64,000 bases of DNA from Campylobacterales bacterium (GCA_027065515.1 JAMOOM010000151.1:8038-72037), one strand, 5' to 3'. Shown: positions 47,405-57,252, counted from the first letter of the stretch. Program-made: numbers and translations. The notes: generated by a model not told the origin, from the sequence alone.

Positions 47405-48612
47405 CAGCCAATATTATCGTAATCGTCGCGACACTTCTGGTGACGCTGCTGCTTTTTAGCAAGCCGGTAGAAAAGAGCTCGTGGTGGAGCGCCACGGTCA
47501 TTCCACTGGCCTCTATCATAGGAAGCGGTTTTTTGGTTATCGCTCCTATTTTGCAGATGAGCGTGGGCAGATTTGCCGTACTGGCGATAATCGTGCTCGT
47601 ATCGGTGGCTTACGCCATAGGGGCGGCTATACGGTTCAATATCCGCTGGGTAGAGCCAAAACTGGCGGCCGGTACACTGCATGCATCCGCCTGGGCTTTC
47701 GAACGCTTTTCGGGATGGGCTTTGGCGTTTGCCTATATCGTCTCGGTTACCTACTATCTGACGCTTTTTGGTGATTTTATGCTGCGAGGAGTGGATATGA
47801 CCGATCAGACGTTGTCGCGCTCCATCACGACGGCCGTGCTGATTTTCATCGCCTTTTACGGCAAGCATAGAGGATTTAATTTTCTAGATAAGTTCGAAGC
47901 GCTGAAACTGGGGATTATCGCGGGCCTGCTAGCTGGACTCGCCTGGGGCAACTGGACGGCATGGCAGGAGGGTATATGGCGCCTTCCTGTGCAAGAGCAC
48001 ATTCCAGGTTGGCACGAAATGCGGATAGTGCTCGGCATGCTGATCGTTGTGCAGGGGTTTGAAACATCCCGCTACCTGAGCGAGAAGTTTCCCCCATCAC
48101 TTCGCATACGTTCCATGCGTTACGCCCAGTGGATTTCCGGTATTGTCTATGTGGTCTATATCGCGCTTATGCTCTACTATTTCAACTATCCTCTCCCCTC
48201 CAGTGGGCAGGATACGGCGATTGTGACACTCTCTGCACATGTGGCGACGATACTTCCGATCATGTTGGTCTCTTTGGCTTTGATCGCACAGTTTGACGCA
48301 GCTATTGCTGATGCTCAGGGAGGCAGCGGATTGCTCGAAGAGTTGAGTAAAAAAAGAATTAGCCAGGGGACAGGCTATATAATCATCGCAGTGGGCGGGC
48401 TTCTTATTGTCTGGACATCCAACGTTTTTGAAATCATCACCTACGCATCCCAGGCTTTTGCGATCTACTACACTCTTCAAAGTATGGTGGCGGCCATGAC
48501 AGCGTTCAACCATAAAGATATCCCCAATCGATGGGTTAAATTTGTCGGGTTTTCTTTGGTCGCATCGATTGCGCTCGCTGTCGCTATTTTCGGTATTCCA
48601 GCCGAGGGATGA
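47401..48612 (+). CDS. uncharacterised polytopic membrane protein (about 11-12 TM)
   Basis: 403 aa and strongly hydrophobic throughout. GTG at 47401 overlaps the panE stop (GTGA). I did not recognise a family with confidence. Confidence 0.6.
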   Translation: MTANIIVIVATLLVTLLLFSKPVEKSSWWSATVIPLASIIGSGFLVIAPILQMSVGRFAVLAIIVLVSVAYAIGAAIRFNIRWVEPKLAAGTLHASAWAFERFSGWALAFAYIVSVTYYLTLFGDFMLRGVDMTDQTLSRSITTAVLIFIAFYGKHRGFNFLDKFEALKLGIIAGLLAGLAWGNWTAWQEGIWRLPVQEHIPGWHEMRIVLGMLIVVQGFETSRYLSEKFPPSLRIRSMRYAQWISGIVYVVYIALMLYYFNYPLPSSGQDTAIVTLSAHVATILPIMLVSLALIAQFDAAIADAQGGSGLLEELSKKRISQGTGYIIIAVGGLLIVWTSNVFEIITYASQAFAIYYTLQSMVAAMTAFNHKDIPNRWVKFVGFSLVASIALAVAIFGIPAEG

Positions 48613-48648
48613 TAGGCGGAAAGTGGGTGATCTGTTTGGAAAAGTACT

Positions 48649-49929
48649 TCAGGGAATGCTTCTGTGTCCAGTTACCTTGAAAACGGTAAAAACGAGTGCC
48701 ACCAGAATGTAGATAAGGCCGATATCGGCAAGTGTCTGTGGTTCGTTGCCATAGAGGTAGCAGATCATCAAAACCACGGCACTACCCATCAGCAGAAGCG
48801 AAACCATTATGATGAGCAGATTGGCATCCGTCTGCTTGCGAAGCATCAGATTGGCGACACCGACTGCTATGGATACGAGCAGAAAAGTCATACTCGAAAA
48901 GGCGATAATCCCCTCCAGGTGGCCATACAGGACAAATAGAGCGGAGAGTACGAACATCGCAAGCAGGGCATAGTAGGGGATCATACGGCTGTTTCGCCGG
49001 GAAAGAATCGAAGGGAAAATACCATCTTTGGCGATATCTGCCAGCATGCGACTCGCACCGAACATCGTGCCGTTGATGGCGCTGCCGGTGGCAAGAAGTG
49101 CAGCGATCGATGCAAGGACAAATCCCCACTCTCCAAAGACCGGTTTGAGCGCTTCGGCGATCGCGTACTCTTTGGCTGCCTGGATCTGTTCGAATGTCAA
49201 AATGCCCATTACTGACAGTGCCAATGTGATATATATGATCGTGACGATTATGATGGAGATATAGATCGAAAGGGGCGTATTGCGTTCTGGATTGTCGGTT
49301 TCTACGACCGAATTGGTGATGAGTTGAAACCCTTCGAAAGCGACGAAAACGATGGCGCCACTAAGAAGCACCGTGCTATATCCTTTGTCGAAAAAGGGAA
49401 CGAAATGTTCGGTGTGGAGAAAAAAGAGCCCTGCGACACCAAGCGAAAGCATGATCGCCACTTTTGAGAAAACGATAACATCTTCGCTTTTGCCCACATC
49501 ACGGACTCCTTTGAGATTGATGAAGAGAAATATGGACAAAATCGCGAACGCCAAAGTCGTACGGACGAAATAGTTGCCCGCAAAACCGATCATCGCCGCT
49601 CCATAGGAGCCGAATGTGTAGGCGTATAGAGCCAAGGTGCCGATATACCCTACAATGACGCTCCATCCGACGAAGGCCGCTATGACGGGCCTGTGAGGAA
49701 AAGCGTGCCTTAGATAGGTGTAACTCGCCCCGTCTTCACGATATGCCAGCGCCAGTTTGGCATAGTTGTAGCCGGCAAAGAGTGCAATGACGCCTCCTAG
49801 TACAAAAACCAGTATCGTGGCGTTGCCGGCAATGGCGTTGGCTTCTCCCATAACCGAAAAGATTCCACCACCGATCATGCTTCCGATACCGATGGCGATC
49901 AGCTCTTTTAATCCCAGCTTGTCAGACAT
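48649..49929 (-). CDS. APC-superfamily amino acid permease
   Basis: 426 aa and 12-TM-like. The N-terminal motif GIGSMIGGGIFSVMG is typical of amino acid/polyamine permeases. Confidence 0.8.
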   Translation of the reverse strand: MSDKLGLKELIAIGIGSMIGGGIFSVMGEANAIAGNATILVFVLGGVIALFAGYNYAKLALAYREDGASYTYLRHAFPHRPVIAAFVGWSVIVGYIGTLALYAYTFGSYGAAMIGFAGNYFVRTTLAFAILSIFLFINLKGVRDVGKSEDVIVFSKVAIMLSLGVAGLFFLHTEHFVPFFDKGYSTVLLSGAIVFVAFEGFQLITNSVVETDNPERNTPLSIYISIIIVTIIYITLALSVMGILTFEQIQAAKEYAIAEALKPVFGEWGFVLASIAALLATGSAINGTMFGASRMLADIAKDGIFPSILSRRNSRMIPYYALLAMFVLSALFVLYGHLEGIIAFSSMTFLLVSIAVGVANLMLRKQTDANLLIIMVSLLLMGSAVVLMICYLYGNEPQTLADIGLIYILVALVFTVFKVTGHRSIP

Positions 49930-50006
49930 GCTCTTTACAACTCCTGATTTTTATATTGTTTTTTGTATATTTTAGCCAAACAGGATAGAATCACGTCAAA
50001 AAGGTT

Positions 50007-50570
50007 TTGTTTTTGGAAGAGATACTGGGCAATCTTACGACATATGGATACATAATTCTCTTTTTTTACTCGCTCGGCGGAGGTTTTTTCGCCCTGGCGG
50101 CCGCCGGCGTTCTATCGTCGATGGGAAAGATGGATCTGGCGACATCGATCGTGGTGGCTTCGCTCGCCAATTTTCTGGGCGATCAGGCGCTGCTTCTGTT
50201 TACGCGGGCCAACAAACATCAGATGATGGGATATCTGAAAAAACATAGACGTAAATTGGCCTATGCTCACCTACTCATGAAAAAATATGGCACATGGGTC
50301 ATATTTTTGCAAAAGTATATCTATGGAGTCAAGACGCTCGTGCCCATCGCTATCGGCCTGACCCGCTACGATGCCGTTAAATTCGCTCTTTATAATTTTT
50401 TGGCGGCGATACTCTGGGGCGTGGTGATTGGCGTGGTGAGTTATCTGGGAGGTAAGACTATACTCTCCATGTTGCAAAATGCCAAAGACAACCCATGGAT
50501 ATTTCCGTTTGTCGCAGTCGCACTCATTGCAACGATTGGATTTTTTATCAGCCGTGCTACAAAGAAGTGA
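50007..50570 (+). CDS. DedA-family membrane protein (second copy in window)
   Basis: 187 aa with a TTG start and the DedA pattern (GDQALLLFTRANKHQM, KYGTWVIFLQKYIYGVKTLVPIAIG). Confidence 0.75.
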   Translation: MFLEEILGNLTTYGYIILFFYSLGGGFFALAAAGVLSSMGKMDLATSIVVASLANFLGDQALLLFTRANKHQMMGYLKKHRRKLAYAHLLMKKYGTWVIFLQKYIYGVKTLVPIAIGLTRYDAVKFALYNFLAAILWGVVIGVVSYLGGKTILSMLQNAKDNPWIFPFVAVALIATIGFFISRATKK

Positions 50571-50719
50571 CTATATCCAACCACTTGTCGTCAGGGAATC
50601 ACTTTCTTGCAGTTTGCAAAAAAGAATTTTTTTTCTCAATAGTTTGTAGGTTTTTGTTTCATCAAAGAAAGAAAGAGTAAAATTACAACATAGATACAAC
50701 TCAACAGGGAAAAGGTATT

Positions 50720-52300
50720 ATGACACCCAAAGGACTTGACAAACTGGGACTCGACAACATCGGTAAGGTTTACTATAACCTCGACTACGACGAAGTGATC
50801 AAGCATACACTCGAACGCCTCGAAACCAAACCAACCGCGCTGGGCGCAACCACGGTAGATACGGGCATCTTCACCGGACGAAGCCCGAAAGACAAATATT
50901 TCGTAAAGCAACAGCCAAGTGAAAAATATATAGCGTGGGGTGATATCAATCAGCCAATCTCGCCGGAACTTTTCGACGAACTTTTCGACATCATGAAAAA
51001 AGAGCTTTCCGGCAAGGATCTGTATATATCGGATGCATATGTCGGAGCGAGCCCAAGCAGCCGTCGTTCGATCCGTTTTGTCAGCGAAATCGCGTGGCAT
51101 GCGCATTTTGTAAAAAATATGTTCATTCGCCCCAGTATAGAAGAGCTGAAAGATTTTTCTCCGGATTTCACACTCTACAGTTCCGGCAATGCCGTGAACA
51201 AGAAATTCAAAGAGCATGGTCTCAACTCCGAAGTTTTCGTCGTATTCAATATCGAAGAGAACATCGCGCTCGTTGGTGGCACATGGTATGGAGGAGAGAT
51301 CAAAAAGGGAATCTTTACGATGATGAACTACTGGCTTCCGCTGGAGGGCAAACTCTCTATGCACTGCTCGGCAAATATCGGTGAAGAGAACGACACCGCG
51401 CTCTTCTTCGGTCTTAGTGGTACAGGAAAGACGACACTCTCCACCGATCCAAAACGCCGTCTCATCGGTGACGACGAACATGGTTGGGACGAACACGGCG
51501 TATTCAACTTCGAAGGCGGATGCTATGCGAAAGTGATCAACCTGGATCCTGAAAGTGAGCCGGAAATCTACAATGCCATCAAAAAAGGGGCTCTGCTGGA
51601 AAATGTCGTTTTGGATGACGATGGCAACGTTCTTTTTGACGACAACAGTAAAACTGAAAATACCCGCGTAAGCTACCCGATCGAATTTATCGAAAACCAT
51701 GAATGTACACTGATGGGACCACACCCTAAAAATATCATTTTCCTCTCTGCCGACGCTTTTGGAGTATTGCCGCCGGTGAGCAAACTGACGAAAGAGCAGG
51801 CGATGTACTATTTCCTTAGTGGATATACGGCAAAAGTGGCCGGAACCGAACGCGGCATCACCGAGCCAGTCGCGACGTTCAGCGCGTGTTTCGGGGAGGC
51901 TTTCTTGCCGCTACATCCGACCGTTTATGCAGAGCTTCTGGGCAAAAAGATCGATGAGCATGAGGTGAATGTATATCTCGTCAATACGGGATGGACCGGC
52001 GGCCCTTATGGCGTAGGTCATCGCATGAGTATCAAAGATACCCGCGGATGTATCAACGGCATTTTAAGCGGAGCGATCAACAAAAGCGAATTCGAAACTC
52101 TTCCTGTATTCAATCTACAGATTCCCAAAACGTTAGAAGGTGTAAATACCGATGTACTCAACCCGATGAATACATGGGAGGACAAGGAAGCGTATCTTGA
52201 AACTCTCAAGAAGCTTGGCTCCATGTTTCAGAAAAACTTCCATCGTTATGACGATGCGGCCAATACCGCACAAATCGCCCAGGCTGGTCCGGCGGTTTGA
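50720..52300 (+). CDS. pckA: phosphoenolpyruvate carboxykinase (ATP)
   Basis: 526 aa with kinase-1a [19 protein letters not shown] and NTGWTGG motifs. Confidence 0.95.
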   Translation: MTPKGLDKLGLDNIGKVYYNLDYDEVIKHTLERLETKPTALGATTVDTGIFTGRSPKDKYFVKQQPSEKYIAWGDINQPISPELFDELFDIMKKELSGKDLYISDAYVGASPSSRRSIRFVSEIAWHAHFVKNMFIRPSIEELKDFSPDFTLYSSGNAVNKKFKEHGLNSEVFVVFNIEENIALVGGTWYGGEIKKGIFTMMNYWLPLEGKLSMHCSANIGEENDTALFFGLSGTGKTTLSTDPKRRLIGDDEHGWDEHGVFNFEGGCYAKVINLDPESEPEIYNAIKKGALLENVVLDDDGNVLFDDNSKTENTRVSYPIEFIENHECTLMGPHPKNIIFLSADAFGVLPPVSKLTKEQAMYYFLSGYTAKVAGTERGITEPVATFSACFGEAFLPLHPTVYAELLGKKIDEHEVNVYLVNTGWTGGPYGVGHRMSIKDTRGCINGILSGAINKSEFETLPVFNLQIPKTLEGVNTDVLNPMNTWEDKEAYLETLKKLGSMFQKNFHRYDDAANTAQIAQAGPAV

Positions 52301-52304
52301 TTTT

Positions 52305-52338
52305 CGATTCCGGGATAGCTCCCGGAATCGCCTTTTGG
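52305..52338 (+). terminator. rho-independent terminator candidate after pckA (shared with the convergent gene)
   Basis: An 11-bp perfect stem, CGATTCCGGGA (52305-52315) with TCCCGGAATCG (52320-52330), has a 4-nt loop and is followed by CCTTTTGG. Confidence 0.6.
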
Positions 52339-52349
52339 CGGCCTTTTGG

Positions 52350-52829
52350 TTATTTGGGCAGATATCCCAACTTTTGCAGAACGCTTTTGATATCGAAATT
52401 GAAAAAGAGCATTTTGTTTTCATGCTCTTCGTAGAGAAGTACGTATATTTTTCCCGATGTTTCGTTGTAGTATGGGTCGCTCATGAAGTAACGATCGCGT
52501 TTGGTCGTGATATAGCGCAGAAAAGAGCGGCGGTTCAGGCCAAGTTTCCCTTCCGCTTTTAGGTGGTCTTTGTATATGTTGGGCGATTCTTGTATGCAAT
52601 CGTCGTTCACTACATAAGCAACCATCAAAAAAGGCGTCTCTTTTACAACTTTTTGAAGTCCTTCCAATGAATAGTCATCTTTTTCATGCTCTTTGAGAAG
52701 ATTGATTAGATAACCCCTGATCTCACCTCTGTGTTCACAATAGGCCTCTTCGATTTTGTCCAGCTCATCTCTTTTCAATTTTTTTCCTCTTGAAATTGTG
52801 TTTATGGCAGCCTCTTTAGGGGTGCTCAA
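52350..52829 (-). CDS. stand-alone PAS/Cache-like sensor-fold hypothetical protein
   Basis: 159 aa with no TM segment. The C-terminal half (YFMSDPYYNETSGKIYVLLYEEHENK) resembles the ligand-binding strand region of Cache/PDC domains. The start is uncertain: TTG at 52829, with no upstream ATG. Confidence 0.45.
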   Translation of the reverse strand: MSTPKEAAINTISRGKKLKRDELDKIEEAYCEHRGEIRGYLINLLKEHEKDDYSLEGLQKVVKETPFLMVAYVVNDDCIQESPNIYKDHLKAEGKLGLNRRSFLRYITTKRDRYFMSDPYYNETSGKIYVLLYEEHENKMLFFNFDIKSVLQKLGYLPK

Positions 52830-53039
52830 ATGTAGTAATATTATAGCGAGATTTCGAATACAAGCTGATTTATATCTATTTTCTCTAAAGCTGAACTATG
52901 GTCACGCAAGGCTCAAAGCGTTTTTCTGTTTTTGAAGGTATTTCAGTGTTGTTTATTGGAAAATGATGATATAATCATATAATACGTAATTATGCAGCGC
53001 CTCACCATATTCAAAAAGAGGCACTTAGTGAAATAAGGC

Positions 53040-53651
53040 ATGAAAATAAAAACTGAAAAAAAGAGACAGAGGCGGGTAGAGATTCTGCTTGCGGCACTAG
53101 AGTTGTTTTCTCAAAGAGGCTACTATGTTACGACGATGCCCGAAATCGCAAAGAAAATACAAATGAGTGTAGGAAATCTTTATAACTACTTCTCTTCCAA
53201 AGAGGATCTAGCGCAAGCGATCATCCAGTATATCTCACAGATGTTGGCCGAAAAGATTCATGACGTCAACAATCAGCCGATTTCAGTAAAAGAGAAAATT
53301 CGACAAATCGTCAAAATCTATTTCGATATAGCTGCCGACCAACCACAGATGATCGAGTATTTTCTGCGTATCTATCTGGCAAATAGGGAGGTATTTTCCG
53401 ATGGATGCGAGGGGATGATATGTGTAGCTCCTTTTATGACCGAGATCATGGTCTTCTTCGAAGAAGGTGTGCGCGCCGAAGATCTGCGGAATCAGGACTT
53501 CTTTAGTGCCTTTGGCCTTTTTATGGGCTACCTCGGTGGTATGGCTTTTCTCAAGGGTGAAAATGTCTTGCCCAAAGAGTTGCAAAGCTATAGTGATGAA
53601 ATCGCTGAAAATATCTACAGAGCGCTGAAGAGTGATGGCGCGCCGGCCTAG
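53040..53651 (+). CDS. TetR/AcrR-family transcriptional regulator
   Basis: 203 aa with the N-terminal HTH region RRVEILLAALELFSQRGYYVTTMPEIAKKIQMSVGNLYNYFSSKEDL. Confidence 0.9.
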   Translation: MKIKTEKKRQRRVEILLAALELFSQRGYYVTTMPEIAKKIQMSVGNLYNYFSSKEDLAQAIIQYISQMLAEKIHDVNNQPISVKEKIRQIVKIYFDIAADQPQMIEYFLRIYLANREVFSDGCEGMICVAPFMTEIMVFFEEGVRAEDLRNQDFFSAFGLFMGYLGGMAFLKGENVLPKELQSYSDEIAENIYRALKSDGAPA

Positions 53652-54510
53652 AGTCCTTTGGTTGCAGGGTGTTACTTGCAATGGAGACAGCCACTCCTTT
53701 TTGAATGCATCGGAAATGCCGCAGATACTGGAAAAATTTCACTTCGTTTACCATCCGCTCTTTGAGACAGGATATACGTTGGAATCGATTGCCAAAGAAT
53801 ACTTCGATATCGATATTCTCGTTATTGAAGGAGGATTGTTAAAAAAAGGATTCAAGCGGGCAGGAGTGGAGAGTTTTGAGTTGATCGAGCGGTATGCCTC
53901 CATTGCGAAGCAGATTGTGTGTGCCGGTAACTGTGCATCGTTTGGTGGGATTTCCAGGAAGATGGACAGGAATGTGACTGGCGCTGCCTTCTGTGAACAG
54001 GAGCCTACAGGCCTTCTTGCCTCCTACTCTTCGAAAATTATCAATCTTCCCGGCTGTCCGATTCATCCCCAGTGGCTGGTCTATGCACTGGAGATGAATC
54101 GCCATGGACAGACTATCGAACTTGATGAGTTTCGCAGACCTGTGGAGCTATATGGATATACGGTGCACGAAGGGTGTACGAGAAATGAATATTTCGAGTG
54201 GAAGATTGATGCGAAGGGGTTTGGGGTGAGGGAAGGATGTCTTTTTTACGAGCACGGGTGTCAAGGCCCTTTCACTCATGGGAGCTGTAATAAAATATTG
54301 TGGGGAGGGGTAAGCTCGAAAACAAGAGCGGGAATGCCATGTATCGGGTGTACAGAACCGGGCTTTCCATCGACAAACCTTTTTGAAACAAAGACATTGA
54401 TGTCGATCCCTGCAAAAATGCCTCTAGGGGTGCCAAAACGTGCATATTTGACAATGACCGGCATCGCTAAAGCGTTTAAAATAGAGCGTCTCGAGAAGAA
54501 AAAATTTTAA
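53635..54510 (+). CDS. [NiFe]-hydrogenase small subunit, cytoplasmic group-2 type (no Tat signal)
   Basis: ATG at 53635 lies inside the TetR 3' end (17-nt overlap). The mature-like N-terminus reads RVLWLQGVTCNGDSHSFLNA with no RRxF signal. Fe-S ligand motifs are AGNCASFGG, PGCPIHP, HEGCTRN, GCQGPFTHGSC and PCIGCTEP. Confidence 0.85.
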   Translation: MARRPRVLWLQGVTCNGDSHSFLNASEMPQILEKFHFVYHPLFETGYTLESIAKEYFDIDILVIEGGLLKKGFKRAGVESFELIERYASIAKQIVCAGNCASFGGISRKMDRNVTGAAFCEQEPTGLLASYSSKIINLPGCPIHPQWLVYALEMNRHGQTIELDEFRRPVELYGYTVHEGCTRNEYFEWKIDAKGFGVREGCLFYEHGCQGPFTHGSCNKILWGGVSSKTRAGMPCIGCTEPGFPSTNLFETKTLMSIPAKMPLGVPKRAYLTMTGIAKAFKIERLEKKKF

Positions 54511-54537
54511 TTGCATGATTTTGGCTAAAGGCAACTT

Positions 54538-55848
54538 GTGAAAATTGAACGTTTTATCGAGCGTATAGAGGGGGAGGCGACGCTGCTTTTCGATAAAAAT
54601 AGAGACGGTTCTATTCGCTTTGTCGAAATATTTTTTCCTCATATCAGGGGTATGGAAAAATTTTTGGAGCGTAAACCGGCACTCGATGCTCTGGCTATAG
54701 CACCTAGAGTCTGTGGTATATGTGGGCATGCTCATCTCGTATCGGCAGCAAAGGCACTCGAGAGCTGTTATGAAAATGCCGGAATCGAGTTAAATATTTC
54801 TGCAAAAGCCGAAGCGATTCGCTCCTTGACTCTTTCATTGGAGATAATTCAAAACCACTTTAAATGGTTCTATCTAACGCTTCTTCCGGCGACGGAGGGT
54901 TTTGAAACAAAAAAGGATAAGTCCGTTTTGACGGCCCATCATGCCGCCTCCCTATGCTCCCGCGCTATAGCTCATCTGGCAGGACAGTGGCCCCATACCT
55001 CCTATGCATTACCTGGCGGTGTTATGTGCGATCCTACGCATGTAGAGATGTTGCAGACAGAATCACTCCTTGCCCAAATTGATGAAGTATTTAAAAATAG
55101 TATTTTGCAGCTGGATCCAAAGGATGCTTGCAAGATCGCTAAAGTTGAAACACTTTTCGAAAAGAATGGGGATTTCCCCGATCTTTTGAGATATTTTCGC
55201 AAAAAAGGGTGGGAGAGAGTGGGCCAAAGCCATGACCGTTTCATCGTGCTGGCCAACCACCCGATAGGCGGAGCTGGCAAAGCCATAAAAACCCGTCTCG
55301 CGCCGATCGATATCTTGTCGGCCAAAGAGGATGAGGCGATCGCACCAGAAGGTTTTATAAACCACGCGAAGCCTGTCCGCTACAATAGGCGTTTTTACGA
55401 AGCGGGTCCGCTTGCGCGGGCGATGGTGGCGAAATCATACCTGATCCGCCAGATGCATAGACGATACAAAGACGCTTCGCTTAGCCGGATCACGGCACGT
55501 GTTATGGAGATTGCCAAACTACTGGAATATTGCAAGAAAACGCTGGATTCCATAGATCTTTCGGAACCTTCCTATGTGCCGCCACCCGTATCTTTGAAAG
55601 AGATAGAATCCACAAGAGGGCAAGGGTACGTCGAGGCAGCCCGGGGATCTTTGCTTCATGGCGTTCATCTCTATCGCGGTAAAATTACCCGCTATTGCAT
55701 AACCACTCCCACGCAGTGGAATCTTGCCAATGGTACTCCGGAATATCCTGGAGTGGCACAGAAAGCCATGATTGGGCTGCCGAATGAAAAAGTGGCTGAA
55801 ATGGTTTTCAAAAGTTTCGATATCTGCTCGGTGTGCACGACTCAATAA
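54538..55848 (+). CDS. [NiFe]-hydrogenase large subunit, group-2 type, lacking the C-terminal maturation extension
   Basis: 436 aa with a GTG start. It has the N-terminal RIEGEA and RVCGICGHAH motifs and ends ...FDICSVCTTQ-stop directly after the second CxxC pair. Confidence 0.85.
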   Translation: MKIERFIERIEGEATLLFDKNRDGSIRFVEIFFPHIRGMEKFLERKPALDALAIAPRVCGICGHAHLVSAAKALESCYENAGIELNISAKAEAIRSLTLSLEIIQNHFKWFYLTLLPATEGFETKKDKSVLTAHHAASLCSRAIAHLAGQWPHTSYALPGGVMCDPTHVEMLQTESLLAQIDEVFKNSILQLDPKDACKIAKVETLFEKNGDFPDLLRYFRKKGWERVGQSHDRFIVLANHPIGGAGKAIKTRLAPIDILSAKEDEAIAPEGFINHAKPVRYNRRFYEAGPLARAMVAKSYLIRQMHRRYKDASLSRITARVMEIAKLLEYCKKTLDSIDLSEPSYVPPPVSLKEIESTRGQGYVEAARGSLLHGVHLYRGKITRYCITTPTQWNLANGTPEYPGVAQKAMIGLPNEKVAEMVFKSFDICSVCTTQ

Positions 55849-56013
55849 CACGCTTTTGGAGGCACTCTTAAGTACGTCTTGCAGACGCCTTTTCTCCCAC
55901 TGGTCCTTAAAATATATATGAAATATTTTTTTTAACAAAATTTACAGATTATTAATAATTGCCTAAGCTCAACTCTTTTAGAATAGTGAATGATTATTCA
56001 TTGGAGGTGATCT

Positions 56014-57252
56014 ATGAGAGACAAACAAGATGCGGTAAGAAGCCTCTTTACCACGAAAAGTGCCAGGGTGGATACCAATCGTGGGGATGCCTATTATCAA
56101 AAATTGTATGCCCAGTGTAAAGCACGTCTGGCCGAACTGAAAAAATTCGAACCTTTGGGTAACCGGGTCGAGTTGACCGAAATACTCAGTGAGGAAGGAT
56201 ATGATAGGCGTGATTTCATGAAATGGGTAAGTGCAACGACAGCGATGTTGATGCTACCGAGTTTCTTTGAGCCACTTGTCGCAGAAGCTGCCGAAGTAAT
56301 GAATAGAGTGCCGGTTATCTGGTTGGAGTTTCAAGATTGTGCGGGAAATACAGAAGCTTTGCTTCGAAGCGACGGACCTAAAATAGATGAGATAATTCTT
56401 GAGATTATCAGTCTGGAATTCAATGAAACGATCATGGCTGCTTCGGGACATCAGGCAGAGGCCCAGCTGCACGATGCAATGGATACTTTCAAAGGTAAGT
56501 ATCTTCTTTTTGTCGAGGGATCCATTCCGACTGGTGCTGGTCGGGAATGGTGCACGATCGGCGCTGGTGGAGAAACATTCGAAGAGCATCTTCATCGGGT
56601 GGCAAAAGACGCTGCAGCGATAGTGGCAGTGGGTACGTGTGCCACATTTGGAGGTGTGCCGGCGGCAGCTCCCAATCCAACAGGCGCTGTAGGTGTGATG
56701 GAGCTTGTCAAAGGAAAGCCGATCATCAATATACCCGCCTGCCCGGCGAACCCTGCCAATATGGTTGGGGTCATCTTGCATTACGTATTGACAGGAGAGG
56801 TGCCTGAGCTCGATTCTTTGCTACGACCAAAGTTTGCATTCGGTTATCGAATCCACGATAATTGTGAGCGTCGAGCACATTTCGATGCGGGCGAATTCGT
56901 AGAAGAGTGGGGCGATGAAGGAGCCAAAAACAATTTCTGTCTATATAAAATGGGATGTAAGGGGCCGATGACATTCAACAACTGCTCCGTAGTGCGCTAC
57001 AACGAGAGTGTAAGCTGGCCAGTAGGTGTAGGGCATGGTTGCATCGGTTGCTCAGAGCCGAATTTCTGGGACAAGTATGCCTACGAACGTCCGATGGCGG
57101 ATGCAAATATCAAGCCACCGACCGGGGGTGTGGAAAAAACTGTCGACGAGTTCGGTTTAGGGGTATTGACTGCCACTGCTATCGGCATCGGTATTCATGC
57201 GGCAGCCAGCGCCGCTGCAGGCAAAAAATCAGATGATGGAGAAGAGAAATGA
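56014..57252 (+). CDS. hydA: membrane-bound uptake [NiFe]-hydrogenase small subunit (group 1) with Tat signal
   Basis: 412 aa. The twin-arginine motif DRRDFMKW sits at residues 64-70 after a long n-region, as in other epsilonproteobacterial HydA. It has Fe-S cysteine motifs and a C-terminal TM anchor. Confidence 0.95.
   Translation: MRDKQDAVRSLFTTKSARVDTNRGDAYYQKLYAQCKARLAELKKFEPLGNRVELTEILSEEGYDRRDFMKWVSATTAMLMLPSFFEPLVAEAAEVMNRVPVIWLEFQDCAGNTEALLRSDGPKIDEIILEIISLEFNETIMAASGHQAEAQLHDAMDTFKGKYLLFVEGSIPTGAGREWCTIGAGGETFEEHLHRVAKDAAAIVAVGTCATFGGVPAAAPNPTGAVGVMELVKGKPIINIPACPANPANMVGVILHYVLTGEVPELDSLLRPKFAFGYRIHDNCERRAHFDAGEFVEEWGDEGAKNNFCLYKMGCKGPMTFNNCSVVRYNESVSWPVGVGHGCIGCSEPNFWDKYAYERPMADANIKPPTGGVEKTVDEFGLGVLTATAIGIGIHAAASAAAGKKSDDGEEK

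Noticed and set aside
50636-51724. 362-aa ORF antisense to pckA, and similar long antisense ORFs at 692-1312, 15087-16004, 18112-18924, 20783-21529, 22354-23319, 35904-36935, 39734-40417 and 62238-62732.
   Set aside because: Each lies entirely opposite a gene with unambiguous family motifs. Their translations are low-complexity (rich in R, H, F, C), have no recognisable domains and have no RBS. These are typical shadow ORFs of codon-biased genes.
55989-56002. AATGA-TTAT-TCATT inverted repeat just upstream of the hydA RBS, as a Fur/NikR-type operator.
   Set aside because: The arms are only 5 bp in an AT-rich region, and the sequence does not match the Fur (GATAATGATAATCATTATC) or NikR (TATWATT-N11-AATWATA) consensus well enough to call.
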